Positions 61,206 to 64,000 of a DNA stretch of 64,000 nucleotides are shown piece after piece; within the stretch, counting starts at the first letter, position 1; the number at the start of each line of letters is the position of its first letter. Source of the DNA: Bacteroidota bacterium (lineage in GTDB: Bacteria; Bacteroidota; Bacteroidia; B-17B0; Aurantibacillaceae); NCBI GenBank assembly GCA_020162035.1, contig JAIUNM010000002.1, positions 126,533 through 190,532 on the forward strand, read 5' to 3'. A program made the translations under genes and the position numbers. Under the pieces are notes generated by a model, which had not been told where the DNA came from, ran no database searches, and saw only the letters and a list, made by a program, of their open reading frames with translations.

Positions 61206-63569
61206 AATTCTATACTGTGGCAATACAAAAAATTTAAGTTGATAGGTTGTATTTATTTTTTGTGAATTAATATCATAAACTTGCTGAAACACATTATTAT
61301 TTTGCGTTAAATTTTGAACATCAACGCTAAACTCATGCGTTGTGTTTTTAAAATTAAGTCTAAACCCTGGCTTTACGTCAATTCTAAAATAATCGGGGTA
61401 TTTGTTTTCATAGGCATGAGTACCATCTCTAATTTCATCTTTAGCCAAAATACTTGCGTTTAAATTTATTGGCACATAACGTTTACCTCCAGCATAGGTT
61501 GAACGAACATCAATAATTAAAATGTATTTGTCGTTTAATTTAAACTCTTTTCCTCCAAGTAAATTAAAAACATAATTACCATTAAATGCAGTATTTCTTA
61601 AAACATTGTCGCTTCCTTTATATTTACTTTCAAATAAACTTGTGGTAAATAAAAAATAATATCCTTTACTGTAAAATTTTTCTAATGTTATTTCTAAGCC
61701 GTAATTATAACCCGTTCCTTTACTTACTAAATTAGTAATATTAGGACTTGTAAAATCTGCACCAAGATTTAAAACAGAAAAATAATCTGGTGTATTTTTA
61801 ACTGGAGCATTAAAAATATATTGATAATAAAACTCAGTTTTTAATCTAAAATTTTGAGCAAAATTTATATCATAAGCAACTATTGCATGAGCAGCTCTTG
61901 TAAAATCTAAATTTTTATTGGTTTCTACTCTTTGTCCATTTATACTATCGCTTGCAAAATAAATATAAATAGGTTGTAATTGTGAATGCATTCCTGCTCC
62001 TAAACTTAAACTTTGTTTTTGATTTATATTGTATTTTAAACCTAAACGTGGTTCAATAGCATTGCTATTATTTAAGAAAAAAAACTGATTACTAACACCA
62101 GTATTTAAAGTGAGTTTATCATTAAATTTATGTTGCCATTGAATAAACGCTCTTGATAAACTAGTTACACCATTGTAATTTCTAAGTGTAATAAATGTTT
62201 TAGTACCAAATAAATAATCAATACTATCTACAAACAAAGTATTAAAAACATCTGTATAAATTCCAAGATTTAAAAAATTACGCGAATTAAATTTTTTATT
62301 ATAAGTAGTGTTAAAAGAATATTTAATGGTTTGCGTTTTTTGTCTGTATTCTGGCTTTAAGTTTTTTGGAGTTTTAAAAGAAGTGTCAAGTCTATCGACT
62401 AAAATATGATTATATGTACCACTTATACCAATATTTGTTTTTACGTATGCATTATTTTTTAATAAATAGGTATGAGTAATTCCACTTGCCCCAACATAAG
62501 ATTTAAAATAGGTATCTCTTGCGCTAAAGCCAAACAAATCGTTATCCTTAGATTTATTACTTTCTAACAAAGCAATGTAACTTGTGCCACCAATTCCCCA
62601 AAAAGAAATTTTACCAATTTTTTTTGTTTGAAAATCTGTTTTAAAAGTAACATCTTGATATTGAGGGATTGCATCTCCGGTTCCAAAATCAATATTTAAA
62701 GCTTTAAAAATAGATAAAGTAGAATATCTATAATTTATCAAAAATGATGAATTTTTCTTTTTATTAAAAGGGCCTTCTGCGCCCAATTCAAAACCATTAA
62801 AGCCAACTTGACCTAAAAATTCAAATTTTTCAGTATTCCCTTGTCGCATTTTTAAATCAAAAACGCCAGCTGTTGCGTTACCGTAATCTGCTGCAAAAGC
62901 ACCAGTCATAAAATCGCTATTTGCTAATGTGTTATTATTTAAAATACTTACGGGGCCTCCAGTGCTACCAGAGTTTCCAAAATGATTTGGATTAGGGATA
63001 TCTAACCCATTTAATCGCCATAAAATTCCTAATGGCGAATTTCCTCTAATTATAATATCATTTCTACTATCGTTTGCTCCACTTACACCAGCAAAATTTG
63101 CAGCCATTCTTGCCGGGTCATTTCTACTTCCTGCATATCGAGCAGCTTCTTCGGCACTAAAAACTCTTGAACTAACAGTACTCATTTTATTGTTTGTTGC
63201 TGTTTTATCTTGCTCTGCAACAACTTCAACTTCTGTTCCCTGAATTACATTTTCTTCTAACTCATAAACATTTATGTTTTCTTTACCTGAATTTAATACT
63301 ACAATTTGATACTTTTCTTTATACCCAATTAATTGGATTTTAATTTGCCATCTTCCAATTGGCACATTTGTAATTTTAAACTCACCATTATCATTTGTAG
63401 TTGCATTTAAAATTGGTTTTGTATTTAATACTTGTATTACAGCACCAGGTAAAGGATACTGACTTTGTTTATCAAGTACAGTACCTTTTATTGTTTGATT
63501 TAAAGTTTGAGAAAATATTTCACCTCCTAAACAAAACAAAGTAAAAAAGGTTAATATTATTGTTTTCAT
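61197..63569 (-). CDS. TonB-dependent receptor with N-terminal carboxypeptidase-regulatory-like domain
   Basis: QTIKGTVLDKQSQYPLPGA, RYAGSRNDPARMAANFAGV, DIIIRGNSP..PNPNHF, YFRIDVK, terminal YRILF. Confidence 0.93.
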   Translation of the reverse strand: MKTIILTFFTLFCLGGEIFSQTLNQTIKGTVLDKQSQYPLPGAVIQVLNTKPILNATTNDNGEFKITNVPIGRWQIKIQLIGYKEKYQIVVLNSGKENINVYELEENVIQGTEVEVVAEQDKTATNNKMSTVSSRVFSAEEAARYAGSRNDPARMAANFAGVSGANDSRNDIIIRGNSPLGILWRLNGLDIPNPNHFGNSGSTGGPVSILNNNTLANSDFMTGAFAADYGNATAGVFDLKMRQGNTEKFEFLGQVGFNGFELGAEGPFNKKKNSSFLINYRYSTLSIFKALNIDFGTGDAIPQYQDVTFKTDFQTKKIGKISFWGIGGTSYIALLESNKSKDNDLFGFSARDTYFKSYVGASGITHTYLLKNNAYVKTNIGISGTYNHILVDRLDTSFKTPKNLKPEYRQKTQTIKYSFNTTYNKKFNSRNFLNLGIYTDVFNTLFVDSIDYLFGTKTFITLRNYNGVTSLSRAFIQWQHKFNDKLTLNTGVSNQFFFLNNSNAIEPRLGLKYNINQKQSLSLGAGMHSQLQPIYIYFASDSINGQRVETNKNLDFTRAAHAIVAYDINFAQNFRLKTEFYYQYIFNAPVKNTPDYFSVLNLGADFTSPNITNLVSKGTGYNYGLEITLEKFYSKGYYFLFTTSLFESKYKGSDNVLRNTAFNGNYVFNLLGGKEFKLNDKYILIIDVRSTYAGGKRYVPINLNASILAKDEIRDGTHAYENKYPDYFRIDVKPGFRLNFKNTTHEFSVDVQNLTQNNNVFQQVYDINSQKINTTYQLKFFVLPQYRILF

Positions 63570-63574
63570 TACAA

Positions 63575-64000
63575 TTACCGTTTAATTAATTTAGGCAAAT
63601 GCCTAACTCGTAAACAAGCTAATTGATTAGAGCATCTGCTTGCGCTTATTTCGTAATAATCTAATGTAAAATCATCTTCTTTAATTGTTAGTTTGTAATT
63701 AGGCTTTGCCCACTCTTTAACTAAACAAGTTTTATGAAAATCTGTAATTGGAGAACCATCTGGTGTTTTTTTTAATACTTTCCAAGGTTCAAATAAAAAA
63801 TATTCGCCAGGTAGATATTTTACAACAACCTTACCACTATCGTTTGTAATTAAAGTATCTACACATTTATTATTTTGAAAAATGTAAAATGTTTGTTTAT
63901 CTAATGGGCGTTCTATTGTAGCAGCTTCGTATTGTTTAGGAGTGGGTTTTGCATTACCACAATAGGGTTGCTTATATCTAAATTCTAATTCCACTTTAAA
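63575..64000 (-). CDS. Hypothetical protein (5'-partial)
   Basis: Frame stays open to the window edge upstream of the tracked GTG at 63994; YKQPYCGNAKP, PGEYFLFEPWK. Confidence 0.65.
   Translation of the reverse strand, partial: FKVELEFRYKQPYCGNAKPTPKQYEAATIERPLDKQTFYIFQNNKCVDTLITNDSGKVVVKYLPGEYFLFEPWKVLKKTPDGSPITDFHKTCLVKEWAKPNYKLTIKEDDFTLDYYEISASRCSNQLACLRVRHLPKLIKR

Noticed and set aside
1-64000. tRNA, rRNA, transposase or integrase genes
   Set aside because: All intergenic gaps were read and none showed a cloverleaf, rRNA-like sequence or terminal-repeat-flanked transposase ORF.

Overview
AT-rich chromosomal segment from a Bacteroidota bacterium (T9SS/gliding genes, TAnnTTTG-type promoters, signal peptides ending in Gln). 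Mostly housekeeping and envelope genes: MFS, murF, gldJ, porP/sprF, porU, porV, a peptide ABC substrate-binding protein, prmC, gldC, folK-dNK, sppA, murQ, nusB, a Leu/Glu dehydrogenase, tonB, lptB, a SufT-like protein, prfA, OmpA proteins, an O-antigen ligase, an M23 peptidase and a TonB-dependent receptor. It also holds several T9SS cargo proteins and a polysaccharide-tailoring cluster (deacetylase, two FemAB/GNAT-like proteins, a methyltransferase-like protein, glycosyltransferases). I found no rRNA, tRNA, CRISPR array, integrase or transposase. Things the ORF track does not show: (1) an unannotated gene running off the left edge which, with its neighbour, carries three copies of an uncharacterised ~125-aa module (ANTGV..ANSNLxGTGTL..GMxRxF), divergent from an XRE regulator; (2) four accessory genes with small lesions (two 4-bp tandem duplications, one A6 run a base short just after the ATG, one ATC start); (3) a ~220-nt structured leader with mutually exclusive pairings upstream of a frameshifted beta-propeller/S8 protease gene; (4) a tandem ACTA-N7-TAGT operator candidate upstream of a LexA-like HTH-S24 repressor; (5) a nested GC-rich palindromic repeat element. 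All family calls come from motif recognition by eye; no database searches were run.
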